The notes: generated by a model not told the origin, from the letters alone. 64,000 nt of DNA from Bacilli bacterium (GCA_035367155.1 DAOSJI010000003.1:11-64010), one strand, 5' to 3'. Counted from the first letter of the stretch, positions 40,745 to 55,014 are shown. Program-made: numbers and translations.

Positions 40745-41713
40745 ATGCACGAAAACAATAAAAATATTGAAGTTGAAGATATTAAAAAAGAGAATGAAAA
40801 CGAAGTAGAAATAAAATCACATCCAATTGAAGACGATATTAATACTAGAAAAAAAGTTTTTAGTAAGTCTTTTACAACATATAGAGCAGTTAATGCTGTA
40901 TTATTAGTTTTTACAATTATTGTCGTTACATTAAGTTATATATTTCTATTTCCAATCGGAACAAACGGAATGTGGGCAACATTTATAATCATTGCTGTAT
41001 TAGTGATGGGCATGTTCGTTTATTCAGCTTTAATGAAAAAATCTATTACAAAAAAAGCAAGTACATACATGAGTGATTATTATCGCATCACAAGTGATTA
41101 TGTCTATGACGATGAAAGTATTAAAAATTATCGTATTAGTCCTGACAAACAAATGACATTAGAACACTTTACAAAAGCTCGCTTAATAAAAGATGTTATT
41201 AGAGCGGGTAGTCGCAATTATGTAGAGTATGAATTCAACGGTCAAGAAATTGCTGTTAGTGACTATATTGCGTATCGCGCAGTCAATAAAACAAGTGAAC
41301 CAATTTTTTTAGGAAAATTATTAGTAGCGTCTATTAAGAAACCTTTAAAGAATCGAATTGTTATTTATCGTCGCCCAGACGAAGAAACCTATGCTTCCTG
41401 TCCTGGTCCTAATGATGTTGATGACTTAACAAAAGTGTTGGATGATAAAAAACTCTTAATCTATGCTAAGGATGAAGAGGCATTAAAATATATACCCAAT
41501 AAAGCTCTTGAAATATTAGAAAATATTGAAACGAACAAAACTTTAGCTGATATTAGCATTGTTTTTGATGAAGAAAGAATTACTGTTGCCTTTTCTTATG
41601 GAGATGATTTAATGGTTGTTCCTCTTCGAGAACCTTTCTATTTTTCAAGTCAAACTAAATTTAAAGAAGATTTAAAAGCGATTCACGAGTTTATTAAGTT
41701 AACTCAAAAATAA
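40745..41713 (+). CDS. Hypothetical membrane protein: acidic N-terminus, two TM helices and a ~220 aa C-terminal soluble domain
   Basis: Hydrophobic segments AVNAVLLVFTIIVVTLSYIFLF and WATFIIIAVLVMGMFVYSALM. No recognised motif. Confidence 0.4.
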   Translation: MHENNKNIEVEDIKKENENEVEIKSHPIEDDINTRKKVFSKSFTTYRAVNAVLLVFTIIVVTLSYIFLFPIGTNGMWATFIIIAVLVMGMFVYSALMKKSITKKASTYMSDYYRITSDYVYDDESIKNYRISPDKQMTLEHFTKARLIKDVIRAGSRNYVEYEFNGQEIAVSDYIAYRAVNKTSEPIFLGKLLVASIKKPLKNRIVIYRRPDEETYASCPGPNDVDDLTKVLDDKKLLIYAKDEEALKYIPNKALEILENIETNKTLADISIVFDEERITVAFSYGDDLMVVPLREPFYFSSQTKFKEDLKAIHEFIKLTQK

Positions 41714-41733
41714 TTAGAAAAGAAAAAAAGATT

Positions 41734-42279
41734 ATGTCCCAAGATGAATTTATTGGTAAATGGATTAGAGTCCAAAGTTATAAACATGATGGAACACTTC
41801 ATAGATTGTGGAAGTCTAATTTTGTCTTGGAAAATAATGAAGACTGGTTGATAGTAGCTAGCAAGTGTACTAAAGTAGTCGAATTTAATGGTCGTGTTTG
41901 GTATACAGCGGAACCCGCAGTCACCTTCTTTAGCAAGAAGCGCTGGTTTAATGCTATTGCTATGATAAAAAAAGATGGGATTGCTTTTTATGTTAACATT
42001 GCATCACCTACTTTAATCGATAATAAAATTGCTAAATATATTGATTATGATCTAGATATAAAAATGAATGCCAATAACGATTTACGTTTTCTTGATCGTA
42101 ATGAGTTTAGAAAACATGTTGAATCGTATGAGTATGGTGATGATTTAGTTGAAATTATAAGAGAAGAGGCAATAAATACACATAAATTAATGGAAGAAAA
42201 CGCTTTTCCCTTTGATATTGATGAGGTATCTAAATACTATTTAACCTTCCTAGAAATGACTGAAAAAAAGAAGGAATAA
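41734..42279 (+). CDS. DUF402-family protein (YgaC/Ntdp-like nucleoside tri/diphosphatase)
   Basis: The N-terminal motif IRVQSYKHDGTLHRLW resembles the conserved K.YKHDGS.HR.W of the DUF402/Ntdp family. 181 aa. Confidence 0.5.
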   Translation: MSQDEFIGKWIRVQSYKHDGTLHRLWKSNFVLENNEDWLIVASKCTKVVEFNGRVWYTAEPAVTFFSKKRWFNAIAMIKKDGIAFYVNIASPTLIDNKIAKYIDYDLDIKMNANNDLRFLDRNEFRKHVESYEYGDDLVEIIREEAINTHKLMEENAFPFDIDEVSKYYLTFLEMTEKKKE

Positions 42280-42281
42280 TT

Positions 42282-42746
42282 ATGAAAGAGTACAGTTTTG
42301 TCACGAATAATGAAAAAGAAACCGAAAAAGTAGGAGCGCTTATTGCTCCTTATTTAACTTCAAATAGCGTGATTACTTTAACTGGGGACTTAGGAGCAGG
42401 TAAGACAACACTAACAAAAGGATTAGCAAGTGGCCTTAATATTAAGGAAAGAGTAATTAGTCCAACTTTTAATATTCTAAAATGTTATTTTAAAGCGGAC
42501 ATACCTTTATATCATATTGATGCTTATCGCTTAGAAGATAATGATGCAGACATTGGTTTATTAGAATACATTGATGGAGATGGCATTGCCGTTATTGAAT
42601 GGCCAGTTTTTATAAAAGAATTAATTCCTTGTTCTTTTTTAGAAATTAATATTACTATACTTGATTTAAATCGACGTCAAATTTTAGTTAAAGCTATTGG
42701 AACAAAATATGAAAAAATAATCGAAATCATTAAGGAGCATTTTTAA
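42282..42746 (+). CDS. tsaE: tRNA t6A37 biosynthesis ATPase TsaE
   Basis: P-loop GDLGAGKTTLTKG and the SPTFNI motif. 154 aa. Confidence 0.8.
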   Translation: MKEYSFVTNNEKETEKVGALIAPYLTSNSVITLTGDLGAGKTTLTKGLASGLNIKERVISPTFNILKCYFKADIPLYHIDAYRLEDNDADIGLLEYIDGDGIAVIEWPVFIKELIPCSFLEINITILDLNRRQILVKAIGTKYEKIIEIIKEHF

Positions 42747-43333
42747 TGTATACCCTTTATTTAGATAGTAGTGATAAAAACATGTCAATCGGCATTACTA
42801 AAGATAATGTGTTAATAGCACATTATCACGATAAAGCATGGCAAAAACAAAGTGAATTAATGACTAAAGCTCTTGATGATCTTTTTTACGATAATAAAAT
42901 TAACCCCAAAGATATTAATGAAATTGTTGTTGGGATTGGTCCAGGTTCATATACAGGAGTTCGTATTGCACTTACTATCGCTAAAGTTTTTGCTTATAGT
43001 TTGAATATCCCAATTTATCCTATTAGTAGTCTTAGGCTACTTGCCGATTTTGAGAAAACTTCAATATGTATTATAAATGCAAGAAGTGAAAGATCATATG
43101 TTGGTGTTTATAATAAAGAAAAAGTAATTTTAAAAGATTGTATTTTAAAAAACGAACAATTACATGCATATATTAAAGAACACCCTGAATCTGTTTTAAA
43201 AGGAGACATATTACATTTAGGCATGAAACAAGAGGTCAAAAGCCCAATTGAAACCATGATTAAGCTTCGTCCATTTTTAAAAGAAACAGATGATATTTTA
43301 ACAATTAAACCATGTTATATGAAGGAACTTTAA
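42746..43333 (+). CDS. tsaB: tRNA t6A37 biosynthesis protein TsaB
   Basis: YeaZ motif GIGPGSYTGVRIALTIAKVFA. 195 aa. Confidence 0.8.
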   Translation: MYTLYLDSSDKNMSIGITKDNVLIAHYHDKAWQKQSELMTKALDDLFYDNKINPKDINEIVVGIGPGSYTGVRIALTIAKVFAYSLNIPIYPISSLRLLADFEKTSICIINARSERSYVGVYNKEKVILKDCILKNEQLHAYIKEHPESVLKGDILHLGMKQEVKSPIETMIKLRPFLKETDDILTIKPCYMKEL

Positions 43334-43334
43334 A

Positions 43335-44831
43335 ATGAGCGAAGAAAGAAAAGAACGTCGTTTATTAGTTAGAGAAATGGAATTAAAAGATATTCCAACT
43401 ATTTTAACTATATCTGAAGAGTCTTTTTTAAAACCATGGACAGAAGAACAACTTAGGCGTGAACTCGATGATAAAACATCGCCATTTTCATACTCGTTTG
43501 TACTAGAATACGGTGAAATTATTATTGGTTTCATCAATTTCTGGTTAACTTTCGAGAGTGCCACTATTAACTTAATTGCTATTAGATCTTTTGTAAAAAG
43601 ACATGGCTTAGGCTCTCTTCTTTTACAAGATGCTTTAACTAGGATAAGACAAATTGGCACTATTCAAACTGTCACTTTAGAAGTTAGAACACATAATGAA
43701 GAAGCAATTAATTTTTATCAAAAGCATGGGTTTAATATTTTGCTTACAAAGCGAGCCTATTACGATAATGGTGATGATGCTTTTTATATGATAAAAATAA
43801 TGAAAGAATCAACGCGTACAATTTTAGCAATTGAATCTAGTTGTGATGAAACAAGTGTAGCTATTACAAGAAATGGTAAGCTTTTAAGTAATGTTGTTGC
43901 AACACAAATTGACATGCACCAAAAATATGGCGGTGTAATGCCTGAAATGGCATCAAGACTTCATACAGAAAATATTACAATTGTTTTAAAGGAAGCCCTA
44001 GAAAAAGCAAAAATTACTCTTGATGAGGTAGATGCATTTGCTGTCACAAGAGGACCAGGTTTAATAGGAGCACTTCATGTTGGGTTACAAGCTGCCAAAA
44101 CTCTTGCCTTAATTTATAAAAAGCCATTAATTCCAGTTCATCATCTTGCTGCACATATTTATGCGAATGAATTTGTGAAAGAATTAAAATTTCCACTCAT
44201 TGCCCTTGTAGTTAGTGGCGGAAATACCGAACTCGTTTATATGAGAGGACATTTTAATTTTGAAATAATTGGTCAAACCAAAGATGATGCAGTTGGCGAA
44301 TGCTATGATAAAGTTGCTAGAGTATTATGCTTGGGTTATCCAGGCGGAGTACCAATTGATAAGTTAGCAAGAAAAGGTAAACACAGCTATACATTACCAA
44401 CTCCAGCCCTGCAAAACAGCTATGATTTTAGCTATTCCGGCCTCAAAACACATGTTATTAATCTGATTAATAATACTAAACAACGTGGTGAAAGTATTAT
44501 AGTTGAGGATTTGTGCACTTCATTTCAGGAAACTGCAATAGATGCATTGGTAAATAAAACAAAGAAGGCTTTTGAGGAATTTGAAATCAAACAAATCGTA
44601 TTAGCGGGTGGTGTTTCTGCTAATAGTTATCTAAGAGAAATGATTTTAGAATTAGCAGAAGAAAAAAATGTTGATGCTATTGTTCCCCCCTTATGGTGTA
44701 CGACAGATCAAGCGGCAATGATAGCCAAAACTGCTGAATATTTATATGATCTTCAATTATTTGCTCCTTTATCATTAGGGGTTGATCCTAATTGGAGAAT
44801 TGAGGAGTTTGACAAATTTAATATAAATTAA
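43335..44831 (+). CDS. tsaD: Fusion protein: N-terminal RimI-like GNAT acetyltransferase (~150 aa) and C-terminal TsaD (Kae1/YgjD) t6A synthase
   Basis: The N-terminal part has a GNAT fold signature (…VRTHNEEAINFYQKHGF…). The C-terminal part has TsaD motifs ILAIESSCDETSVAI and HLAAHIYAN and a GG.SAN region. It is one uninterrupted 498-codon frame. Confidence 0.8.
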   Translation: MSEERKERRLLVREMELKDIPTILTISEESFLKPWTEEQLRRELDDKTSPFSYSFVLEYGEIIIGFINFWLTFESATINLIAIRSFVKRHGLGSLLLQDALTRIRQIGTIQTVTLEVRTHNEEAINFYQKHGFNILLTKRAYYDNGDDAFYMIKIMKESTRTILAIESSCDETSVAITRNGKLLSNVVATQIDMHQKYGGVMPEMASRLHTENITIVLKEALEKAKITLDEVDAFAVTRGPGLIGALHVGLQAAKTLALIYKKPLIPVHHLAAHIYANEFVKELKFPLIALVVSGGNTELVYMRGHFNFEIIGQTKDDAVGECYDKVARVLCLGYPGGVPIDKLARKGKHSYTLPTPALQNSYDFSYSGLKTHVINLINNTKQRGESIIVEDLCTSFQETAIDALVNKTKKAFEEFEIKQIVLAGGVSANSYLREMILELAEEKNVDAIVPPLWCTTDQAAMIAKTAEYLYDLQLFAPLSLGVDPNWRIEEFDKFNIN

Positions 44832-44852
44832 AAGTAATTAATTACTTTTTTC
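44831..44852 (+). terminator. Terminator after tsaD
   Basis: AAAGTAATTAATTACTTTTTT is a palindrome followed by a T-run. Confidence 0.5.
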
Positions 44853-44910
44853 GCAATTAATATAATAATTTGGCTATAATATAACAAGACATAGAGTAGA
44901 GGTATACCTT

Positions 44911-46278
44911 ATGACAGTAAAAGAAATATTTGATGCATTTAGAAACGACTATGTTGTTGATGAAACCGAAGTTGTTTTACAAGGATGGGTTCGGACAAAT
45001 CGTGACAATGGTTCGATTGGTTTTATAGAATTCAATGATGGGTCGTCTTTTAATAATTTACAAATTGTATATTCGAGAGAATCAGTTGAAGATTTTGATA
45101 AAATTACCAAAATCGCAACAGGTACTACAATTGAAGTTGAAGGCTTATTAATTGAAACACCTGATAGCAAGCAACCTTTTGAACTTCAACTAGATAGTTT
45201 AACAATTTTAGGTGAAGTTGATCCTTCATATCCTTTACAAAAGAAACGTCACTCTTTTGAATTTTTACGTGAAATCGCTCACTTAAGACCAAGAGCAAAC
45301 ACTTTTAATGCTCTTTATCGCGTAAGAAGTGAATTAGCGTTTGCAATACACAAATTTTTTCACGAAAAAGATTTTTTATATGTCCATACACCTATTTTCA
45401 CTGGTAATGATGCAGAAGGTGCTGGACAAACATTCTCTGTTGTTACAGATGATAAAAACCCAAATGATTTCTTTGGAAAAAAAGTAATCCTTACTGTTAC
45501 AGGTCAACTTCATGTTGAAGCTTTTGCAATGTCACATAGAAGTGTTTATACATTTGGTCCTACATTTAGAGCAGAACGTAGTAACACAAAAACACATGCC
45601 GCTGAATTTTGGATGGTTGAACCAGAAGTAGCTTTTGCGGATCTAAATGATATTATGGAATTAATTGAAGAATGTATTAAATATTGTATTGAATATGTTT
45701 TGGATAATGCAGCTGATGAAATGCAATTTTTTAACAACTTTATCGATAAATCGCTTCATGAACGATTAACTAAAATTATTAATAGTAAATTCGCGCGCAT
45801 TTCATACACTGAAGCAATTGAAATATTAAAAAACGCCGTCAAAAATGGTGTCGATTTTGCAAATAAGGATATTATTTGGGGTATGGATTTACAAACCGAA
45901 CATGAAAGATATATTACTGACGTTCACATAAAAGGACCCGTTTTTGTAACAGACTATCCAAAAGATATAAAAGCTTTTTATATGAGAGTAAATGAAGATG
46001 GTAAAACTGTAGCCGCTTGTGATTTATTAGTACCTACTGTTGGTGAATTAGTTGGAGGTTCTCAACGTGAAGAAAGAGCTGATGTGCTTCTTGAAAAGAT
46101 GAAAGAGGCTGGAAATGCCGAAGAATTAGACTGGTATTTAGATCTACGTCGTTATGGTGGATGTGTTCATAGTGGTTTTGGTATTGGTTTTGATCGTCTA
46201 TTAATGTATGTGACTGGCATGCAGAACATTCGTGATGTTCAACCATTTGGCCGCACTAGTGGTAGTATATTATTTTAA
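44911..46278 (+). CDS. asnS: Asparagine--tRNA ligase (class IIb aaRS)
   Basis: N-terminal anticodon-binding OB fold ([23 protein letters not shown]). Class II motifs [18 protein letters not shown] and FWMVEPE, with GGSQREER near the C-terminus. The 455 aa length fits AsnRS rather than bacterial AspRS. Confidence 0.7.
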   Translation: MTVKEIFDAFRNDYVVDETEVVLQGWVRTNRDNGSIGFIEFNDGSSFNNLQIVYSRESVEDFDKITKIATGTTIEVEGLLIETPDSKQPFELQLDSLTILGEVDPSYPLQKKRHSFEFLREIAHLRPRANTFNALYRVRSELAFAIHKFFHEKDFLYVHTPIFTGNDAEGAGQTFSVVTDDKNPNDFFGKKVILTVTGQLHVEAFAMSHRSVYTFGPTFRAERSNTKTHAAEFWMVEPEVAFADLNDIMELIEECIKYCIEYVLDNAADEMQFFNNFIDKSLHERLTKIINSKFARISYTEAIEILKNAVKNGVDFANKDIIWGMDLQTEHERYITDVHIKGPVFVTDYPKDIKAFYMRVNEDGKTVAACDLLVPTVGELVGGSQREERADVLLEKMKEAGNAEELDWYLDLRRYGGCVHSGFGIGFDRLLMYVTGMQNIRDVQPFGRTSGSILF

Positions 46279-46287
46279 GGATATGCA

Positions 46288-46455
46288 ATGGCAAGAAGAG
46301 ATAAAAGAACAGCCCTTAGCGCACCGTTAACAGAAGAAGAAAAAGCCCTTCGTGCATATAATCGCAAAAAGGGAGTTTTGATTGGGATAATAATTTTACT
46401 TTTTTTAATTGTTGTAGTTGAAATTGTTACTATTGTTATTGAATTTACAAAATAG
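46288..46455 (+). CDS. Unannotated small ORF (55 aa): basic N-terminus plus a single C-terminal TM helix, translationally coupled to asnS
   Basis: ATG at 46288 lies 7 nt after an AAGGA that overlaps the asnS stop. The product is MARRDKRTALSAPLTEEEKALRAYNRKKGVLIGIIILLFLIVVVEIVTIVIEFTK. It falls below the ORF-track length cutoff. Confidence 0.4.
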   Translation: MARRDKRTALSAPLTEEEKALRAYNRKKGVLIGIIILLFLIVVVEIVTIVIEFTK

Positions 46456-46480
46456 TTACTAACTAAATGTTTACTTTACA

Positions 46481-47194
46481 TTAAGGGGAAAGGACATCAA
46501 TTTCCTCTTTTTTTGGCTCTTCTTCAACCGGCTCGGGTTCTAAAGCAGATAAGTCTAATAAGCGTTTGTCATCTAAATCAGCAGAGAATAGTTTTCTTCG
46601 GAGTATTAGAATTCTTATAAAACGAGAAAGGTAGGACTGAATTGCCAACACGCCCCAAAGTAAACTTATAAAATAAAGAGGAACAACCATATAACTTATA
46701 ATTGCTCGAGGGGCAAAGTGAGGAGTTGAAATTACTTCGGGCCAATCGGAGGGAAGGTTAACTCCAAAAAAGTTGGCTCTTGGTTGATTGGCCCAATCAA
46801 ATATATAAAACAATGTACCAATGCCTTCTGTTTTATAATCAAAAAGATTAATTGGTCCCATAAATAACATCGCAATTACATAAATTACTGTTGTACAAAC
46901 TGCAATTAAAATTGGTGGGAAAAATTGATAGAAAAGAACTACATTGCTTTTTCTGTGTGCATTTCTTGAAAAATCTTTTGGCGAACGTATTAGATCGGCT
47001 TCAACTAACATCTTCATATCGGCATCTACTCGTCTTCCTTGGCGACGCATAACTTGACGAACAACATCAAAAATTAAGGAGAAGATTAAAAAGATTAAGA
47101 CAAAGATTAAAAATATAGCGATAATTAAGCGCCAATCTTTTTCCGAGAGTTTAACTAGAAAAAGAACCCTATTCATCATCGCCCTCCATTTCAA
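46481..47194 (-). CDS. Hypothetical membrane protein (third gene of the overlapping membrane operon)
   Basis: 237 aa with 4-5 TM helices, a basic loop RQVMRRQGRRVD and an acidic C-terminal tail. It overlaps the upstream gene by 26 nt. Confidence 0.45.
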   Translation of the reverse strand: MKWRAMMNRVLFLVKLSEKDWRLIIAIFLIFVLIFLIFSLIFDVVRQVMRRQGRRVDADMKMLVEADLIRSPKDFSRNAHRKSNVVLFYQFFPPILIAVCTTVIYVIAMLFMGPINLFDYKTEGIGTLFYIFDWANQPRANFFGVNLPSDWPEVISTPHFAPRAIISYMVVPLYFISLLWGVLAIQSYLSRFIRILILRRKLFSADLDDKRLLDLSALEPEPVEEEPKKEEIDVLSP

Positions 47195-47612
47195 TGCTAT
47201 CTATTTGCTCAATGGCTTCGATGTTTTCTTTTGGTGTTGCATCCTCTACATCTATAAAACCAATATCTTCTTTTTTCTGAACGGGAAGAGGATTTAAGTT
47301 AGACTCAAAGGGATTTGAGCTATGAAAAATATTTATTGTTGCCCCTGCAAATTGCCCTTGTTCTGCAGTTTTGGGCTCATCTTTAACTTGCTCGCTATCT
47401 AATCGATCTTTTAAAATTCTTGCAGCTCTTCGATCTAATTCAGATGGTTCTTTTAAACGGTCACCTTGGAAATATTTGATAACAGCAAGTATTGAGTAGA
47501 AAAGAAAAACAAAGATAGTTCCAACAGCAAAAAGTACAAATCCTGCCAGAGCAAAAGGAGTTAATAATAATGTTATCATTCCGACTCCAATCCTCTTTAA
47601 AAAATTAACCAT
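47169..47612 (-). CDS. Hypothetical bitopic membrane protein with an acidic C-terminal domain
   Basis: 147 aa: an N-terminal hydrophobic hairpin followed by a D/E-rich soluble tail. It overlaps both neighbours. Confidence 0.45.
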   Translation of the reverse strand: MVNFLKRIGVGMITLLLTPFALAGFVLFAVGTIFVFLFYSILAVIKYFQGDRLKEPSELDRRAARILKDRLDSEQVKDEPKTAEQGQFAGATINIFHSSNPFESNLNPLPVQKKEDIGFIDVEDATPKENIEAIEQIDSIEMEGDDE

Positions 47613-48513
47613 CTATGTCCCTCGTTTTTTGTTGTTTCCTGTACCTTATATATAACCATAAACTCGCTTCAAATACAACAATTGTTAGAGGTAATAACAA
47701 TGATAAAAGTGATAATGAAATAGGTAATAATTGTTGTGAAACAACAAAGCCTATAATTGTAAAAACTATCAAAGTTGCAATCATAATACAAAAAGCCCTT
47801 ATATTAAAACGGTAAAATTTCAACAATAAATATGAAATATAAGGAAAAGTGATAAATAAGAATAAATAGGATACCGCAATCGAAATTGGTCCGAAAATCG
47901 CAGAAATTAAAATAAGAATTGAACTAATGAATATATAAGAACTTGGATGGTTTTTATCTTTATATTCAATATACTTTCTTAACTCAAACAGAATTAAAAT
48001 ATAACTTAAAGTTGATTGGATTAATGAAACTGCAAAAATTAAACTTAGTAAAACGGGTAATCCAAAAGGATGAGTATTTAATCCTATTAGATTTGCTAAC
48101 TCATCTAAATAATTAACTTCGTAAATAAAATTGAAAAGTGAAATTGCTGCGTAAAAAAGGCCTAAATTTATTAACGCAACCAAAACTATTAAATGGATTG
48201 GATCTATTTTTAGTCTGACGCTAAGCCCCATAATAAAGCCCGTTATTAACGATGGAAGTAAATAAAATAGTGCGATATCTATACTTGAAAAACTAATTAC
48301 AAAACCAAGAGTCAAAGAAGTAATAGCATAGATGGGATAATATTTTAAATCGCAGTTTAAAGTAACAATTACACTAGTAAGAGGTAGTGCGAACACAAAT
48401 ATTAAAGTAGATAGTGGAAGTAATGTTCCAATCAAAACTAAAATAACATTTATGGCTGCCATGATTGCCATATAAGCGATTTGTTGTGTAACGGTTCGGT
48501 TTTTAAACATCAT
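47605..48513 (-). CDS. Hypothetical polytopic membrane protein (first gene of the operon)
   Basis: 302 aa with about 10 TM helices and no recognised motif. It possibly resembles the DUF2232/YybS-like class, but that is unverified. Confidence 0.45.
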   Translation of the reverse strand: MMFKNRTVTQQIAYMAIMAAINVILVLIGTLLPLSTLIFVFALPLTSVIVTLNCDLKYYPIYAITSLTLGFVISFSSIDIALFYLLPSLITGFIMGLSVRLKIDPIHLIVLVALINLGLFYAAISLFNFIYEVNYLDELANLIGLNTHPFGLPVLLSLIFAVSLIQSTLSYILILFELRKYIEYKDKNHPSSYIFISSILILISAIFGPISIAVSYLFLFITFPYISYLLLKFYRFNIRAFCIMIATLIVFTIIGFVVSQQLLPISLSLLSLLLPLTIVVFEASLWLYIRYRKQQKTRDIDG

Positions 48514-48514
48514 G

Positions 48515-48536
48515 AATTAATGTTAGCACATTAATT
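48515..48536. promoter_or_regulatory. Perfect 9-bp inverted repeat with a 4-bp spacer in the divergent promoter region (candidate operator)
   Basis: AATTAATGT-TAGC-ACATTAATT lies immediately upstream of the 47605..48513 start and 44 bp from the divergent lipoprotein gene. Confidence 0.3.
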
Positions 48537-48579
48537 ATGGTTAAATAATAAAAAGGTAAATTCTTTTCAATTTATATAT

Positions 48580-48987
48580 ATGAAGAATTATATAATTATA
48601 GCTTTAACTATTTTAATATTAGGCTGTAAAAATGATACCCCAAGATTGATTGATTTTCCAATAGATAAAATCATTGAATACAACGAGTTATTTAAACAAA
48701 ATGAATATGAATATTACGTTTACATTTTCTCTAACTCATGTATCCACTGTAATGAGATAAAAAATGAAATAATCGATTTTGACAATAACACTACAATTTC
48801 CATGTATTTTATACAATTTAGCCCTAAAATAAATGTAAATAAAGATATAGAATCAACAATTGGCTGCAATAATATAGAAGATTTTTCAATACTTGGGACA
48901 CCATCCCTCATCTTAATAAAAGATAAATTAGTTGTGATTAATTTAGGTGGTAAAAAAGCCATATTGAACCATTTAAAAAATCATTAA
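48580..48987 (+). CDS. Small lipoprotein with a CXXC motif (thioredoxin-like fold?)
   Basis: Lipobox ILILGCK. The motif SNSCIHCNEIK (C-x-x-C) is present. 135 aa. Confidence 0.4.
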   Translation: MKNYIIIALTILILGCKNDTPRLIDFPIDKIIEYNELFKQNEYEYYVYIFSNSCIHCNEIKNEIIDFDNNTTISMYFIQFSPKINVNKDIESTIGCNNIEDFSILGTPSLILIKDKLVVINLGGKKAILNHLKNH

Positions 48988-49062
48988 TTAATACCGCCCT
49001 ATATCTTTTTATTAGGCGTCTAATTATGTTATAATTAAACTACAATAAAGAGATATTTTTTT

Positions 49063-53252
<4,190 letters not shown>

Positions 53253-53278
53253 TTGTATAATCATTAAATGAGGTAAAC

Positions 53279-53578
53279 ATGATGGATAAAATTACGAAAG
53301 AACAAATAAAAAAACTTGCAGATAGCATGTATCTTTCCTTGACTGATAAAGAAATTGATGAGCTTTTTGCAGAATTTCCTTCGTTTTTGCATAAAATTGA
53401 ACTTATAAATGAAGTTGGTGGAGTTGATGAATGTAATGAAATGATTTTTCCTTTTGAAGAACAATTTGGAACTCTTCATGAAGATAGGGAAGGAGAAATT
53501 TTAACAAAAAAAGAAGTACTTAAGCTTGCTCCGAAAACAAAAGCTGATCAAATTTCACTTCCAAAGGTGGTGAAATAA
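53279..53578 (+). CDS. gatC: Glutamyl/aspartyl-tRNA amidotransferase subunit C
   Basis: 99 aa. ITKEQIKKLADSMYLSLTDKEIDEL is typical of GatC. It immediately precedes gatA. Confidence 0.8.
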   Translation: MMDKITKEQIKKLADSMYLSLTDKEIDELFAEFPSFLHKIELINEVGGVDECNEMIFPFEEQFGTLHEDREGEILTKKEVLKLAPKTKADQISLPKVVK

Positions 53579-55011
53579 TGAAATACGAACTATTAACTAT
53601 CGTTGAACTCCATAATCTTTATGTGTCGAAAAAAGTAACTCCTTTAGATGTGGTTGAATATTTAATAGAACTAATTAAAAAGGACAAACATAATTTTATG
53701 GAAGCCAATATGTTTGAAGAAGCTATAAAATTAGCAAAAAATATTGGTGAAGTTGACAAAGATAATTTATTATGGGGCATCCCATTTTTAATTAAAGATA
53801 ATATTGCAACAAAAGAGGTAATAACAAGCGCAAGTAGTAAGATTCTTTCTAACTATATTTCGCCTTTTGATGCAACTATGATTAAAAAGTTAAAAGCTAT
53901 AAAAGCAATTCCATTAGGGAAAACGACAATGGATGAATTTGCAATGGGTGGAAAAGGCACAACATCACATAATGGATTTACATATAATCCTCTGGATAAG
54001 ACAAAAACAAAAATGATGGGTGGGTCTAGTTCAGGAAGTGCAGCAGCTGTTACTGTCCCAGTTGTTCCTTTTGCATTAGCAAGTGATACTGGAGATTCGA
54101 TTAGAAAACCAGCAAGTTATGGAGGTATAGTTGGCTTCAAACCTTCATGGGGTCGTATATCAAGATATGGTTTATTTTCTTTTGCGCCTTCTATGGATCA
54201 TGCAGGATACTTTACTAGATCTGTATTTGATGCAGCATTGCTTTTAGAGGCTCTAGCAGGGTATGATGAAAATGACCCTACTAGTTCAACACATGTTGTT
54301 GATAAATATAGTAAAAATACTGCAAATTCCACATCAAATTATCAAATTGCCGTTATAAAAGGAATATTTGATAATATTTTAGATGAAAAATTAAAGTCCT
54401 TATTTAGTAAATCGATTGAAGAATTAAAAATCTTAGGACATAAGGTTGAATTTGTTGAAATGCCAATCACTCTACTTAGAGCGATTTTTCCAACATATTT
54501 TGTTATAAGTTGTGCAGAAGCTTCTAGTAATACTGCGTGTTATGATGGGGTAAATTTTGGTGTTCGCTTAGAAGGTAATACATATGAAGAGATTGTTACA
54601 AAAACCCGTAGTGAATTATTTTCTGCACAAATAAAGAAGAGAATCCTCTATGGAGCATATGCCTTATCAAAAGACAACAAGGATGAAACTTATTTAAGGG
54701 CTCAACGTTCTAGAAGAAAGATTGTTGAGTTTATAAATAAGCTTTTTGAAAAATATGATTTTATTTATTTGCCAGCTGCACCGTCGGTAGCACCAAAATT
54801 CAACGAATATAATAATGATGATAATTTTGCGATCGCTGATAATCATCTCGCTATTGCTAATTTTGGTGGTTACCCCTCTATTACCATACCTCTTGGTAAA
54901 ATAAATGGACTACCAGTGGGAGTTAATTTCACCGGAAGACCATTTGAAGAAAGTATCGTACTAAATATTGCCTATCAATTAGAGCAAATATTAGAAAAGA
55001 AAGGAGCATGA
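53578..55011 (+). CDS. gatA: Glutamyl/aspartyl-tRNA amidotransferase subunit A (amidase signature family)
   Basis: Amidase signature GGSSSGSAAAV…SDTGDSIRKPAS. 477 aa. Confidence 0.9.
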   Translation: MKYELLTIVELHNLYVSKKVTPLDVVEYLIELIKKDKHNFMEANMFEEAIKLAKNIGEVDKDNLLWGIPFLIKDNIATKEVITSASSKILSNYISPFDATMIKKLKAIKAIPLGKTTMDEFAMGGKGTTSHNGFTYNPLDKTKTKMMGGSSSGSAAAVTVPVVPFALASDTGDSIRKPASYGGIVGFKPSWGRISRYGLFSFAPSMDHAGYFTRSVFDAALLLEALAGYDENDPTSSTHVVDKYSKNTANSTSNYQIAVIKGIFDNILDEKLKSLFSKSIEELKILGHKVEFVEMPITLLRAIFPTYFVISCAEASSNTACYDGVNFGVRLEGNTYEEIVTKTRSELFSAQIKKRILYGAYALSKDNKDETYLRAQRSRRKIVEFINKLFEKYDFIYLPAAPSVAPKFNEYNNDDNFAIADNHLAIANFGGYPSITIPLGKINGLPVGVNFTGRPFEESIVLNIAYQLEQILEKKGA

Positions 55012-55014
55012 TTT

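Noticed and set aside
44832-44910. T-box leader upstream of asnS, and by the same reasoning upstream of glyA at 8632-8792
   Set aside because: The leaders are only ~80 and ~160 nt long. They show no specifier-loop/antiterminator architecture and no conserved T-box sequence (AATTAGGGTGGNACCGCG).
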